Source: Dicyema japonicum
Taxonomy: Eukaryota > Animalia > Dicyemida
NCBI GenBank assembly: GCA_011109175.1
Contig: RDEW01000007.1
Location: 743,712-807,711, forward strand
DNA: 64,000 bases
Direction of reading: 5' to 3'
The translations under genes were made by a program, and so were the position numbers. Positions 36,422 to 50,490 of the stretch are shown one piece after another (position 1 is the first letter of the stretch; each line of letters starts with the position of its first letter). The notes below the pieces were generated by a model, which worked only from the letters and a program-made list of their open reading frames with translations, was not told the DNA's origin and did not search any database.

Positions 36422-37779
36422 TATTTTCTTTCACAATAACGCTCGAATAACCAGCGGCGTTTACGAAAAACAATAGCACTTAAATAAAAATAGAATTTAT
36501 ATTAAAAAATCGTTAAGATATCCTATTTATAAAAATCGTTAAACAAATCCCGAAATACCGAAAAAACGCCAAGGATACAGAAAAGCTGTAGAAACCGTGA
36601 AACACCAGCTTTTTGAAGATATGACGAAAAAGTGAGAGGTGAGACTATTTGGACACATTCCAAGAATCGATCTAACGATACGTGTGAACTATGTCATGAG
36701 AACATATTTTGATTGTACTCTTAGATATCGAGGACCTTGTAATTGAAGAGGACCTAAAACTGCAAAAATAAAGCTATAAGACTTGAACGACCTGATTCGT
36801 TCTGATAATCGCATCCTCGAGAGGAGACTAGAATCATATGACTGCCAAGATTCTTCATAGCACAAGCAACGGAAAGTTAATAGAGTCCAAGAAAGATTAA
36901 CAAAAAAGAATACTTATATCGCAAAACGTCACGTGATTCAATTACGTAAGGCATTACTTTTGAAAGATAGTCCCAATCTCTCCATTCCGTGGATGGAGTC
37001 AAATCTTGCTCCTCCCCTGCAGTGACCTTGAGCGAAATCAGGAACGGATCTCACCATAACTAAATCACATTAATGATATTCAAGGACAGTTTCTCAAACT
37101 GGGGAGATGTCAAGTCCCAAATTTGACCGTCAGAAGAGACCGTTCGAAGATCTGACTAAGAGTGACAGAATCCATGAAGCTTTCGACAGATTTATTAATT
37201 TATTTCGAAATCCACTCTGGCTTGAATTAGCGATCCATCGATTTCGTCCATTAAGGACGAGATAGTCCTCACATTTTTTGGATTTCTTTTGCTGATTTTG
37301 CATTTTTTTAATTTGTGAGGGTAACTGACTTTGGTAGTTCTGTAACTCCATGATTTTCCGGGGTTAGCTGTGTTTTAGCTTTGAAGCGCAACTCTTTCTG
37401 GTAAACAAATAACTTCTCAACTTCTTGGTCATATTTACGCCTGTTTTATGGGGGAGGCTTTCTCTAAAAATTATTTTAATGGGAGATGGATTGAAAAGGC
37501 ATTTTTATTAAATATTTGAGAGTTTTTTAATAAAGTAGCAGTCATCGTTGATGGCTTCTATTAAATCGACTTGAAAAACACGTTTGTCAAAATACTGGGC
37601 TCCTTCCTCGGTCGTCAGGCTTACGAACACTTCTTTGGNGCTGTGTTTTAGCTTTGAACGCAGCTCTTTCTGGTAAATAGATAACTTCTCGACTTCTTGG
37701 TCATATTTACGCCTGTTTTATGGGGAAGGCTTTCTCTAAAAATTATTTTAATGGGAGATGGATTGAAAAGGCATTTTTA

Positions 37780-38781
37780 TTAAATATTTGAGAGTTTTTT
37801 AATAAAGTAGCAGTCATCGTTGATGGCTTCTATTAAATCGACTTGAAAAACACGCTTGTCAAAATACTGGGCTCCTTCCTCGGTCGTCAGGCTTACGAAC
37901 ACTTCTTTGGACTCATCGTACTTTATTAGATTCACAATGCTGAGTTTGTCACGTGGCCTTGCATTATCGTCGAAAATTATCTGTTTTACAGGATCACTCT
38001 CATATACGATGAAAGGCTTCCCCCAGTAGTGAGAATATTCGTGTGCTTCCCACGAGGAGTATTCGTCCACTATTCCCACTATTCCGACCGTAGATTTAGT
38101 CCACTCGTAAAATTCGAGGATATTCGAGCAGACAGTATCCCCATTTGAATTTCTCAAAATTAAATTCTCCGTTCTTTCGTCTCGTTTAACACAAAATGGC
38201 TCCATGTTTAGCGGAATGGAAGAATTCGTGGTTATTTTGAAAAGGGGGTGTTCGTTCCGCAAGAACTTGTCGATGCAATTAAGGACTGCTGGGCAGTCCA
38301 TCCCGAATGTGCGAATAATCAGGGAAAATTTAATGTCCAGAGATATCAAATGGTCCAGTAAGTTAAAAAATGACGGCAATAAGAAATGATACTTCTTTTT
38401 GGACCCTCCTTCGATGTAAAAGTCATCCGAGGGGGAGTCTTTTGGCTTCCATTCCAACTTTGTTAGCAATTTTTCGTACAGAGGCTTCATATCTTTGCCA
38501 GAATTCGAATTTATGAACTCACCAGTCATCTCCCGAATCTTTCTTCTGTCATGAGTTTCGCCTTCTTTACTCTCGACGTATTTGTAGTAGGAAACAAGAC
38601 CACTGTCTGGTTGTTGGAACGATAAATTACTGCAGGTCATACTCCAATCTCCATTTTCTACCTTCCCCCAGGCGACACTGCTCAAATACGACGCCAGAGC
38701 CGCTTCCACGCTTGTATTTGTAAATGTATCGGCCACAAGTGCTGTGTTACGAAGATCAATGTGAACTATGAGCTTTTCCAT
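37780..38781 (-). CDS. Uncharacterised intronless protein, 333 aa, probable HAD-like fold
   Basis: An uninterrupted ORF from ATG 38781 with ordered motifs LIVHIDLRNT, IIRTFG, WGKP and IIFDDN resembling HAD motifs I-IV. Confidence 0.75.
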   Translation of the reverse strand: MEKLIVHIDLRNTALVADTFTNTSVEAALASYLSSVAWGKVENGDWSMTCSNLSFQQPDSGLVSYYKYVESKEGETHDRRKIREMTGEFINSNSGKDMKPLYEKLLTKLEWKPKDSPSDDFYIEGGSKKKYHFLLPSFFNLLDHLISLDIKFSLIIRTFGMDCPAVLNCIDKFLRNEHPLFKITTNSSIPLNMEPFCVKRDERTENLILRNSNGDTVCSNILEFYEWTKSTVGIVGIVDEYSSWEAHEYSHYWGKPFIVYESDPVKQIIFDDNARPRDKLSIVNLIKYDESKEVFVSLTTEEGAQYFDKRVFQVDLIEAINDDCYFIKKLSNI

Positions 38782-38994
38782 ATTCAATTTAATTGTCGTC
38801 AATATAATTTTATAGTTATTTCGTGACAATTTGGAGGACTGATTGCTTGGTGACGCAGTTTGACTGCGTTATCTTTCGTTTTAGTAATCCATAATAAGCA
38901 GGCACTTTGTATAGTCATCATCGGTTTCAAATTCTCCTAGCCTGGAAGGTTGGGGGACTTAGAAATCGTTTCTTTAGCTTTATTTAAGTTAGCT

Positions 38995-39160
38995 TAATCT
39001 CAGCTGCTGGGCAGAATTCAGATGCTTCTTGATCATTCCAACTGATGGTTCAATGCATCTAAGATACTTCCTGGTTTGAGGAGTGACGCCGTCAGCGGCG
39101 ATACCTCGCTTCGGAACTCGATTGTCTACATGGAGTCCCACATAGCCAACAGAAAATAAG
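38995..39160 (+). mobile_element. Old diverged relative of the tRNA-SINE body
   Basis: TTTGAGGAGTGACGCCGTCA...CGGAACTCGATTGTCTA aligns with the SINE segment TTTGACGAGTGACGACGTCA...CGGAACTGGATTGTCTA. Confidence 0.55.
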
Positions 39161-39689
39161 TTAAGATGACTTGGCCCTTTCTTACTTTTTTTCCCTCTTA
39201 AAATAGTGTTTGACTTTTCCACGTGGAAAATTAGCCAGTAGGCGTTCATCAAGATGATTTTTCGTCTCTTTAAGAATCATCAGAGACCAACAATACTAAG
39301 TACTCAGAAGTTTGACCCCCGTGGAAAATAAATTTGAGAGACTACTGAAAACCACTAATTGCTGTCCAAAGAGAGCGGCGAATGGATCAATGTTCTTCCG
39401 ATCAGAAGTATTAGAACCCACCTCGACGCTTAAATATAACATTTTGCTGTTACAAAATCTACCATATTAAATAAAATTGACTAAAATTATGCATTTTTAA
39501 ATTTTTTGAAAATTTTAAAAATCTTAAATAGATAATATTTAATGTTGACAAAGTTATGTAAATATTTAAATTTAATATTATTTAATTTTAAATAGTGTTT
39601 TAAAAATATAACATTTTGTTGTTACAGTCTGTACGCTCACATTAGAACTTCTATCCGAATGGAATTGAGAATATTTCAAACACACCAGT

Positions 39690-40150
39690 GCCGATGTGCT
39701 GAGACCGATATCTATGGACACTGTGCTCTTTCTTGTCGATGAAACGCTGGGAGGTTCTAAATACGTAATTCACTAATGATGTCATAAAACGTGTGCTGGC
39801 TCTCCCGAATACCCCCTCATGGTGGAGCTCGTTGGCTTGGACAGAGAAGACGAAATGTGGCCAGATGAATTACAATCTTTCTTTTCGATTAAGGGAAGTT
39901 AATAATCTGGACGCCATTTGTATCGACTCCCTATCTCCCACTAACATTGTAGAACCGTGCAAAGGCATGGAGAAGGCTGAAGTGAAATATACCCATGCTC
40001 CTTGACCCGTTCACTTTCCGTCTGGTTGCTGTCGAGATACCTGGGGGATAACAGAACCTAGAAGAGTCTGTGACATCTGGCCACACTCAGAAGACGTCCG
40101 CTAAACTTAGTGACTTTTTTGGTTAATCCCTAGTGCTATCGTGTGGGAAA
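39690..40150 (+). mobile_element. Degenerate CRE-clade 3' fragment
   Basis: DAICIDSLSP, KAEVKY and FTFRLVAVEIPG motifs. Confidence 0.6.
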
Positions 40151-40519
40151 CACTTCATCAATTACACTGGTGGGGATAAATTTATTTATTAACCCCCCAA
40201 TACACAGAGAAGTAAGTCAATGGTTAACAACTAATTGAATGTATCGAGTTTCCACTGTCACAGTGGCAGAGAGTCCTTCATGAATCAACAACAAATTGAA
40301 GAACTCATCAGTCCTTTCAATTTTTGATTGACCATTGACCCATTCCTGTCGTTCTGTCATCACGTGAAGAGTATTCTTACAAATAGCCTGAGGAAATTCA
40401 ACTTTCTGAAATCTATGTTTTCTTCCCTGTCCTACCGTTGCAGAAATGCTCAGTTATATTCATAACCACTCCCGGAACCTACAGTCGAATACATCCTTGG
40501 ATCCAGGGCATTCAATCTA

Positions 40520-42034
40520 CAGCGATACAAATAAAAAACGGAACAGCCAATTTCTCAATTTTTTTTCTAAATAATGATGATTAATTTTTTTGATTAATAA
40601 TGATTAATTTTTTTTAATAAAAATTGAATTTTAAATTATAAGCTTAACTAAAAATTGAATTTTAAATTATAAGCCAAACGTCAAAATTTTGGTAAGTATT
40701 TAAACCCAATTTTTTCAAACAAAATAAAAAAAAGAACAAAAATAATTTAAAATTTAGAATGACCCCCTTGAGCATTTATTACTTCTAAAATTCTACTCCG
40801 CATTGATCCAACAAGGGATTTCGCATATTCTATCGAGAGATCGTTCCAATTTTTTTTCAATTTTTTGAATAGGTCACTCTTTTTTTATAAATTCGGTTCC
40901 CCTTATTTTTTGTTTTATGAAGGCCCACACGTGCTCGATTGGATTCAAATTGTGACTTTTTGAGGGGGCCATTGTAATAACTCAATTCCGTGTTCATTGA
41001 AAAAATCTTCAGCCACCTTGCAGATGTGCTTTGGATTATCTGAAAAGTCGGAGACGGATTCCTGTTTTCTCCAAAAAAGGCAGCAAATATCCGCCAAGAT
41101 GCTTACGTATAAGTTCCCATTCATAATTCCTTTTATCCACACAAGTTCCGAAAAACATTACGATGTGAATGCGCCCCAAACCATTACGTTCCCTTTTCCG
41201 AACTTTACTGTTGTGGTAACATTTTTGTTTAAAAGCCTTTCTCCCATCTTTCTCCAGACAAATTTTCGTCCATCGGGATTAAATAGATTAAATTTCGATT
41301 CATCACTAGAGATAACTCTATTCCAGAACACATTTGGTAACATGTTCCACCGTGTGCACTGAGAAAGTCTTGTTTTTCGATAGATATGGCCTTTTCGTAA
41401 ACTGAAACGTCGATGTATTCAGTTTTTCTCGGTAGTTCCTCAATGTCTGTGATGTGACAACAGTTCCCGTTTCAGAACGTAAAATTTCAGAACATTTTAC
41501 AGAATTGAAATTAACATCATTTTTTTGTTCACGTTCAATTATTTCGAGATCATCAGAGTTAAGGGAAAATCTTCGCCCTGAGCCTTTTTTTTCTCTCGAA
41601 GGAATCATTCATGGTGAAGTTTTTAATGACTCTCAAAATAGCACTGAGGGATCTTTCGGTAAGATTTCGAATTTGTCGATANGGGATCTTTCGGTAAGAT
41701 TTCGAATTTGTCGATATGACTTTCCAACTTTATAATGAGCAATAATTTTTCTTAGTATGTAAGTTGTAAAACCATATAACAAGAAACAACACGTGTAATA
41801 AAATAAAAATGGGTTCAAAAAATTTTGGAAAAAATAGAGAATTTTTTTGTTTTCTTTTTCATTTTTTTCAGAAAAAACTGAATTTAATTACGTACCAAAA
41901 TATACGGCGTTTTAATTTTTTTAGAACGCTAAAGCTAAGTTTGTATTTTTAAAATTCTATTTTTGTTAAAAAATTAATCATTCAATAGAAAAAATCGAAA
42001 AAAATGAGTGTTCCGTTTTTTAACTGTATCGCTG
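40520..42034 (-). mobile_element. Tc1-family transposon, frameshifted transposase, long TIRs
   Basis: TA-flanked ends CAGCGATACA and TGTATCGCTG, with inverted similarity extending about 200 bp. Peptides include ISSDESKFNLF, TVKFGKGNVMVWGAF, DNPKH, WPPQ and NPIEHVW. Confidence 0.92.
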
Positions 42035-42719
42035 TATGTTTCTAATGNTTAGAACGCTAAAGCTAAGTTTGTATTTTTAAAATTCTATTTTTGCTAAAAA
42101 AATTAATCATTCAATAGAAAAAATCGAGAAAATGAGTGTTCCGTTTTTTATCTGTATCGCTGTATGTTTCTAATGAGACGAAGCTCTAGTCGTTCAGGAA
42201 AAAGATGATTCACCTACATGGCACCTTGGAGAACTTTTTCCCCATTACTAGACGACTTGTATTAGACAAAAAGGAGCCTGCTTTCTTTGCCTTTGCAGTG
42301 AGGAGTATGATGATTATAGTAATTAGTCATTACACTGCAGACGAATGTGGACTCTCACATCCTCCGGATGCGTGCCAATGTTCTAAATCGGGAAAGCGTC
42401 AATCCATAATCAGCTTCCGTCAGATCTCACAGCGATCAGACAGACGCAGTGGTTCATATTTTTAAATAATCTTTCAAATTTATCTTCACATATGATTTTA
42501 TAGTAGTCCTTCTGTTTCATCCTGGTTTTGGTTTTTTGCATCCCTTATGAGGGCCAAGCTTCTGTATACTCTGTTTCATCGGTCGATAATTCGGTAGGGA
42601 GATGAAGAATCATCTGATGGTTTTGGTTTTTTGCATCCCTTATGAGGGCCAAGCTTCTGTATACTCTGTTTCATTGGTCGATAATTCGGTAAGGAGATGA
42701 AGAATCATCTGATTTACGG

Positions 42720-43200
42720 TTTGCTGGAGTGCGGAGCGTGCTACGTCTTTTAGGGAACAAATTCCAAGACCTCTGAAGCGGACGGCAAGGGTTGCCAGCC
42801 TTGGTCTTGAAACTTTACGCTAGTAAGACGTTTAGGAAGATGGGCGTACGTGCGTCTAGAATTTCCAGCCGTGTGTACGTTGACTGTAATTGTTGTCCTC
42901 TTGTTATAGGAGCATTGTCGATTCTTCCCTCTGTTAGGGGACATCCAAGTATTTCGACTGGTTGGCTGGGGTCTCTGCGGCCATGAGAATTAGTTCACGA
43001 AACAATTGTATTGTCGACTTTCATTCGGAAAACTAGAATCCGAAATTACATATCTCGCATTTTGATGAGATGAGCGTATTCCCAACTCTTCGAATTGTGG
43101 CATCATTCTCTTAGACTATCCACTACATTAGTGGTTTGTCCTCTCATGACGCATCGTCCAAGTACCACACGTTAAACAGAGTGAATAAGTCGAGGACCAA
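42720..43200 (-). mobile_element. Degenerate CRE-clade RT fragment
   Basis: FNVWYLDDA, EILGCPL and ATLAVRFRGLGI motifs. Confidence 0.7.
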
Positions 43201-43253
43201 TCCGAAATGATCAACAAATACACAATATATTTTAATAAAAACACAAAAAAGAG

Positions 43254-43809
43254 TTAAGTACATATTGTTTGAACAACAATCCTAGTCTTCCCTTCAGGAA
43301 ATCTACTAATATGGCAATTTTGGCCCTTCCCTACAAGTTTACTAAAATGGAAACAAACCCACTCTTTTGTGAACATAAAACTTGTTTTCGAATCCGAAGC
43401 CAAAAAAGCGAGGATCAACATAAAAGTCATCATTGTCGTTGAAAATTTGATAATAAAAATTGTAGAAGGCATCCTTGAACATCGAGTAGTAACTGTTATC
43501 CTTTTCTGATTGGATGAAGGCTCCGATTCCGAATTTATCGTAAGTCTGTCTCTTCTCAGGATCCGATAGAATGCCATTTACTTGCAATTAACGACCAAAA
43601 ATTATACCAAAGTAAAGGTCCATAATGATCTCTGTGGCATTTTCTTGCTCTTCAAGGGGGACTTTATCAGGGTGATATTTTAGAGCCAATTTACGATAGG
43701 CTGACCTAATTTCTGTTTGGGTTGCGGTCTTTGGAATTCCCATGAATTTGTAAAGGTCGTCAAATTTGTTTGATGACGTAAAAACAACTAACATCAGTAT
43801 CACATTCAT
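43254..43809 (-). CDS. J-domain (DnaJ/Hsp40) protein with hydrophobic N-terminus
   Basis: [32 protein letters not shown] is followed, after a 27-nt intron, by [15 protein letters not shown]. The 3' end is uncertain. Confidence 0.85.
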
Positions 43810-44899
43810 TTTGTCTTCAAGTAAATTTAAAATATATTATTTTAATTTATTAATTTATTTAAAATAAATTTAAAAATTTTAATAATTTTAATTATTTAAA
43901 CTGTATTATACAAATTTTTTTTATTACCCCAAAAAACAAATTTTGAGTTTTACTTCCTCTAAAATAAGTTTCCTTAGTTTCTTCTCACAATTAGGACTAT
44001 TGCAAGTCGGATCACTTTGTTTTCCGATTAACGGTTGTTTTGAAATAAAATTTAATTTAAACCTTAGTAAAATGTTCCACATACCCATAGGACCCGTTAA
44101 AATCAATTTTTATAAGATTTAAAAAAGATGACTCTTTTACCTAAAGATGTCGAGGACCTTGGTAAAATGTTCCACTTACCCATAAAATCCCTTAAAATCA
44201 TTTTTATAAGATTTAAAAAAGATGATCTTTTTTACCTAAAGATGTCGTTTCGCTAAAATCTCGTTATGTCTATTGATGAACTAACCCAAAACCTGAAAAA
44301 ATTAATTAGAGGCCATTTTGAATGGACACATTGTTAAAAGTTCTTACGTGTTTCACAGGTTGCCTTTTTTGATGAGAACAGAATGCTCCAGGAAAGTAAA
44401 TTTGGAGTTGAAAGTAGCCCCAAGATGGTTAATCTTCCCTGTGACCGCCATGTGAACCTTAGAATTGGTCACTCTAGGCATTAGAATACGAAATGTCTAA
44501 GGGAGTTAAAAACTTATAAGTCTCAGTCTGAGCCTTCTGCCATCGAATCAGCTATTTTGGCATCCATGGCTTCTTTTTTAACTCACGACATTTTGATGTC
44601 ATGACTTATAAATCATCCGTCCTTCTAAGAACCTGAGATTCAGCTCCATAGTTCTTGGAAGATTACCGCTTTAGCGAGGGAATATCTAAAAATCATGCCA
44701 AATAGAGTCAAAACCCAGTCCTCCCTAAAAACAATACCAAGGTTCATTGTCTCATTTTCATTTGATTAAGCATCTGAGCGCTAAACTTCCAGATGTAGTC
44801 ACCTCAAAATCTCCCCTTACGGAACCACGTTATAATACCCGAAAGGGTGTCTCATTATGAAATCCTGGGCTCGCCTTTGGAGTTCCACTTTTTCGAATA

Positions 44900-47800
44900 T
44901 TACAGCGATGGTGAGCAGTGGGATAATTAATCAGCAACTACTAGGGTCTTCCGGGAATTTTTCTTGTTTCCTTTCGAAAACCAGTTCATGGACTGTAACG
45001 AAACCTGAGATTACCGTTATGATCAATATGGATCTTTGAGGATGAGCCACAAAGGACCGGGCTTCTTCCGACTGGACTTCCGCGACAATAACCACATGGC
45101 CGAATATATCGAGGCCATAAATGAGACCTGTCCTTTTGGATCTGACAACCACCACTTCAGAACGCTCATAACAAGACCTTGTGAGATTGTCCTCAGGAAC
45201 TTCCCTTTCTGGGTGAGTGAGAACGACCTCATTGATTACCTTCAGGAGATGGCACCCTCAACCTCGAAGGTAACCCGAATGTCAAGAGGATCGCAGCCTA
45301 TGCCTATGGCGAGAGCCTCGGTTAGTAGTAATGCGGAGGCCACATCGCTGATACGTTGTGGTTTCTACATTGGATCGAACAAGATTCTGTGTGAGTGGAT
45401 GAAGATACCCTCTCTTATCTGCTACAACTGTAAACGAATTGGTCATATTGCCGCACATTGCAGGGAGAAGAAGAGATGCCTCAAGTGTGGAGGGGAACAC
45501 GATCTTCTTGTGTGAATTTTCATCGAACGTGGAGACAAATTGTATTAATTGTGGAGGACCAGGACATAATGCCCGCTATAGAGGATGTCCGGCTATGAGA
45601 GAAGCATCCAGGAAAATGATCTCCAGACAAACAGTGTCTAGAAAAGAAGTAATCAAGCCAACACAAGAGATGAAGTGGACCAATATTTCACATACTCTTG
45701 ATGGGCCGGTGGAGCGGAGCGCTAAAAGGAAAAAAAAGAAGTAATCAAGCCAACACAAGAGATGAGGTGGACCAATATTTCACATACTCTTGATGGGCCG
45801 GTGGAGCGGAGCCCTAAAAGAAAATATATGCAGAGCGAGTCAGAAGTTTCCGAGACGGTCAAACAAACAGAAGAGATGATGAGAACCAATATTTCACCTA
45901 CTCAAGATGGATCAGTGGAGCGGAGCGCTAAAAGGAAAAATATGCAGAGCAAGGCAGGAGTCCCCGAGTCGGTGTCTCGGGAGCTAAATGAAATTATCTC
46001 ACGTCTGAACAATCTATGTACACTGCTGAAAGTGGATTTATGGAGTCTGGTGGACCTGGCTGTGGAGAGCGCAGGCCACCAACAAAAACTATGAAAAGAA
46101 ATTTGAAAGTAGTGCTGGTGAATGCCCGCTCCCTGGTGAAAAGGCATGATGAACTAGCGCTACTTGTGAGGATTGCCAAGGTGGATGTCTTGGTAGTAAG
46201 AACATGGATAAGCGTAGGAGGGCTATATACTCTAAGGACTTGGCCCGATCTTCTGCGAAAATTGTTCAATTTTTCGAAACAAACCCTATGTCGATCTTGG
46301 TAGGAGACCTGAATGCTAAGAATACGAGCTACGGATGTTGCAAAAACAACGGGGACGGACGATAGCGAAATTGGAGTTGAAATCTTGACGTCTAAAGAAC
46401 CTAACCATTTTTCATACAATGGAGGTGACATGTTGGGATTGGCTCTAGTGTCTCCACAGTTCCTGGATCATGTGGAAGACCAAGGTTGCTTTGGGACATA
46501 GGGAGTGATCATATCCCTCAGGAAATAACCATAAACCTAGAACCAAGCATTGCAGAAAATATTTTCCTATACTACGATACCTCGTCGATAGGCTGGGTAC
46601 ATTATCGTCATTATATGTCGGAGACCTTATTAATGAAGACTAATTCCTTTTCTACACCTAATGAGTTGGACGTTTTCAACTGAGAACTATCCAACACTAT
46701 GCTACGACTATATGGAAGGAAGGTTTACTCGAAGAGTTTTCTGAAGAACAAAGATTCTTGCCCATCTTCAATACGGGATCTTATTCGCGAGAGAAATACT
46801 CTGAAGGCGAAGCACAGACGATGTGTTGATCTGTGGGACAGGAAAATCCTGAAATATAGAATTTATGTGATCAAAAAAATGCTACAAGAAGCTTGGAGAG
46901 TAAACACCAAAAATAAATTGAAGAATGCAGCCTCTAAAGTTAACTGGAAGAACCCTTGTTTCTGGAAATTGTACAGGAGGCTAACAAATGGGAATTTAAA
47001 TGCAAAAAACATTGAGCTGCCCGATCAAGAGGGAAGGACAATTCCATTGGAAAAAGTTCCTTCAGTATTCAGAAATCAACTAGAAAATATACAGGGTGTT
47101 GATCCTATTAGTGTTATACATGAAAAATTTTCTGAGGAGTTGCCTAATTTCATGGATTACTCTATGGAAGATCTGGGTACTTTAGTAGAAGTCAGAACAG
47201 CGATTCGCGATTGCAAAAACAAGGCTCCGAAGGATCTGATAAATTATTGTCTGTTCTACGAGAGATGTATGACTCGAGTTTTAGGCTCGGACACGTTCCT
47301 CCTTTATGGAAACGATCTATTGTGAAGATGATCCTCAAACATGGAAAAGCCAGGAAGGATCCTCTCAGTTATAGGCCAATAAGCATTATATGTTCTACAT
47401 CAAAGATTATGGAACGTATTGTATTCAAGAGATTGAAATGATATATGAAGGAGAGCAACTTTCTACGACCTGATCAATTTGGTTTACGTCCGGGAAGATC
47501 ATGTGGAAATTGTATTTACTCACTAAACTTCGAAATTATAAATACATTTGAGAAGAGCCTTATTTGTCTCGACATATCAAAGGCGTTCGACAGTGTATGG
47601 CACAAGGCTTTATTTTGTCGGCTAGTACGTTCTAAAATATCTAAAAAATGTTTCTATGGCTAAAGGACTATTTAACTGGGAAGATATCTCACGTGGTAGT
47701 CGGTGGAAGTTATTCGGATGGAATGTCGTTTAAAAGAGGAGTGCCACGGGGATCTATTTTAGCCCCCTGTTATTTAACATATTTATGGAAGATTTTCCGT

Positions 47801-48180
47801 CTCCGCAGAACGTCAGGACCAAACTAATGATTTACGCGGACGACATTTTAATCCTGGATTCATCTCTGAAGGCATACATCTCAGAGCGGCGACTAGGAGC
47901 GTTTATCGACGAAGTCCAGGGTTGGTGCGATCGGAGAGGCATGAAACTCTCGACGGAAAAATCCAGTTACTTGAGGATAAGCATGGTTCTATACCCCCTC
48001 GAGAGAAAGGATTCTCGCCCGACTGGAGAAAACACGGCGGGCGGCAATAAAACTAGCCCTCGGGAAGAAATTGTATGAAGGCCTGACGGAGGAAGAGAAC
48101 AAACTTGTCAGGCCGATAACGGAGGATATTCGAATCAGAACGCTAAATTAAATAGACATAGGATGGATTACATAGAAAAG
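44900..48180 (+). mobile_element. Jockey/I-group LINE, near full length and degenerate (ORF1 with 3 zinc knuckles, ORF2 APE plus RT)
   Basis: ORF1 has CYNCKRIGHIAAHC, CLKCGGEH and CINCGGPGH. ORF2 has NARSL, GDLNA, GSDH, SYRPISI, QFGLRPG, LDISKAFDSVWH and YADDI. Confidence 0.9.
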
Positions 48181-48299
48181 GGGTACCGGGATGAAGAGTC
48201 CAGGCCTAACAGGCGGACTTAGTAGTACCTATTTCGTAACATGTTGATTTAATTTTTCATTTTTTTTTCATTTTGATGAAGCCTTCTGAGCACGATTTC

Positions 48300-49550
48300 T
48301 ATCTCCATTCTACTGCCCTATTCGAGTCCCCATTTGTTACGCGTGTCTCATGAGGATATTTTGTCCCCAAATACAGAACTTAGGGTGGTGGTTTTAGAAA
48401 CCTCGTTTCTTAGTATTCTCCATTAAATTCGCTAACTAATAGATCTCAATGTGACCTTGTTAGGCTGTGCTTACTAATAAGATCTACAGCAAAAAAATTG
48501 AACATTTTTAATCAATAATTGGACCAGTTCTTAGTGGTCGTTCTTAGTGTAGGAGACTGTTGATCCTCTGTTTAAGGAGAAACTGATTCTCCTCAAACCT
48601 ACATCTCCCAAGCATTCTCAACAGTATTTATCCAAGTATTATTTTACATATTCTTAAGTTTGTCCGCATGTACTCTTTAAGGATTTACTAAAGGGAGGGA
48701 TCCATCCCCTCTAACTCCACACACTTTTCTTGAAGGAAAGGGAGTCTTTTTAGCCATTCAGGTCTCCATGTTATCTGAGGAGTCAGAGTACAGGTCATAA
48801 CAATCCAGAGCCTTGGTTTGAACAGACTAGGTTAAATCAATACCCGTAGTGACTGAAACCTTGGAGATCGTAGAATCTAAATCGCTTCCCTTCTTATGTG
48901 TCATCAGATCTTTGATAACAAAAGGGGGGAGGCACCCAAGAAGGATGGCTAATTTAAGCCAACTGCTCAAGTTGTCCAGTAAATCTTGTAAGCGGCTACC
49001 AACTGGGTGAATATGGTGGTCTCTTCTTGCGACGATTATATCGTCACGATATGCGAGAACCAGTGTTATTCCTGTAGGACCCCATTTAGCAGAAATTTAG
49101 TAATAGAATTCGTGGAATTTCCAATTATTCTTAGTTAGCTAAATAACTCCGTCCTCACTAACTTTTAGGAGAAAAGTAGGAGGCAGCAAATGTTAGTCGC
49201 TCACATAGATCGGGCAGTCGTGGCATTGTAGACGTACAGTGTACTAATTCAGGACATTCAAAAATGTAATTTACTGTCAACTCGGAGAGATTGCAAAAGG
49301 AACAGAGGACATCCAGTTTCCACACGACGGTAGAAAGGGATGATGCTGGAATTTTCCCTTAATACCTTGAAGTTACCAAAAAAGGATTAGTCTGGAAAGC
49401 TAACACGAGGAATTGGAATCTCCATATCTCCCTGGGAATAATCTCCTCTCATTTCGGTCGTGATCAATTTCCTATAAGAAACCTTCATTTACTCCAATAA
49501 TCGCAAAGACCCAGGCATATATTACAGATCTCGTGGATATAAGGAGAGAT
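48300..49550 (-). mobile_element. Highly degenerate LINE RT remnant
   Basis: NGVLQ and LAYRDDIIVA near 49030-49090 look like decayed GVPQG and YADD motifs. Confidence 0.5.
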
Positions 49551-50490
49551 TATGAAATTAAAGATTCGTATTAATGGGTTTGAACTTTATATTTAAGTTT
49601 TTTTGTGTTGATCGATTCGTTTCGAAATACAAAGTGTTAGTCAAAACCAAATCTGCATAAGAAATTTCATAACTTGAAGAATTTTATTTAATCGACATTC
49701 AGTCATTCAACGTACAATCTAAAAATTCAAAGATGGAAAAATTGTGTAAAATTCAACATCAAAAGTGTATTAGGGAGACAAAACTGTCCATAGATTAAGG
49801 GACAAGTAGAGAGGTATTCTCAAATATTCAATCAATCGATACCTTCTACGAGTAATTCAAAAGGGAGATTTGGAGAAAACTATAACATTCTTCAGGGAAT
49901 TCTGACTATAGCATCATTGGACTACCCTTCAATGTTTTCATGGGCGAGTGAAAACGAATCTCTAACACTTACGGAAATTGACTCACGCATTGCTTTGAGG
50001 GAACGGACCTAAAAATTAAATATTTTGACGAACGGACCTAGAAATTGATTATAAAAACCAAAATATAGAGACAATCAAGTCTGAAAATATAGAGAAAGTA
50101 GGTGAAATAATGACACATGATGAGGAAAACATGTAGATAGGGTTTATTAAGGCAAAATTAGGATGCAAATGTATTAACCATAAAAAAGATAAACAGCAAA
50201 GCATCGAGTAATGAAAAAGAACAAATAGAGAAAGTAGGTGAAATAATGACACATGATGAGGAAAACATGTAGATAGGGTTTATTAAGGCAAAATTAGGAT
50301 GCAAATGTATTAACCATAAAAAAGATAAACAGCAAAGCATCGAGTAATGAAAAAAAACAAATCTATTTTTTGCGATACCTGATGAAAAAAAAACTACACA
50401 AAGGAAACCGGTGACAAGAATATAACCTAAATGTATTTTTATCGATTGCCAGGAAAAATAAATTTGGTTAAAAGCACTAATTTTAAAAAT

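Noticed and set aside
37368-37908. Apparent partial duplication of the 3' end of the HAD-like gene
   Set aside because: The copies are joined at a single n, typical of unmerged contig overlaps. The same pattern occurs at 41682, 42048 and 51995.
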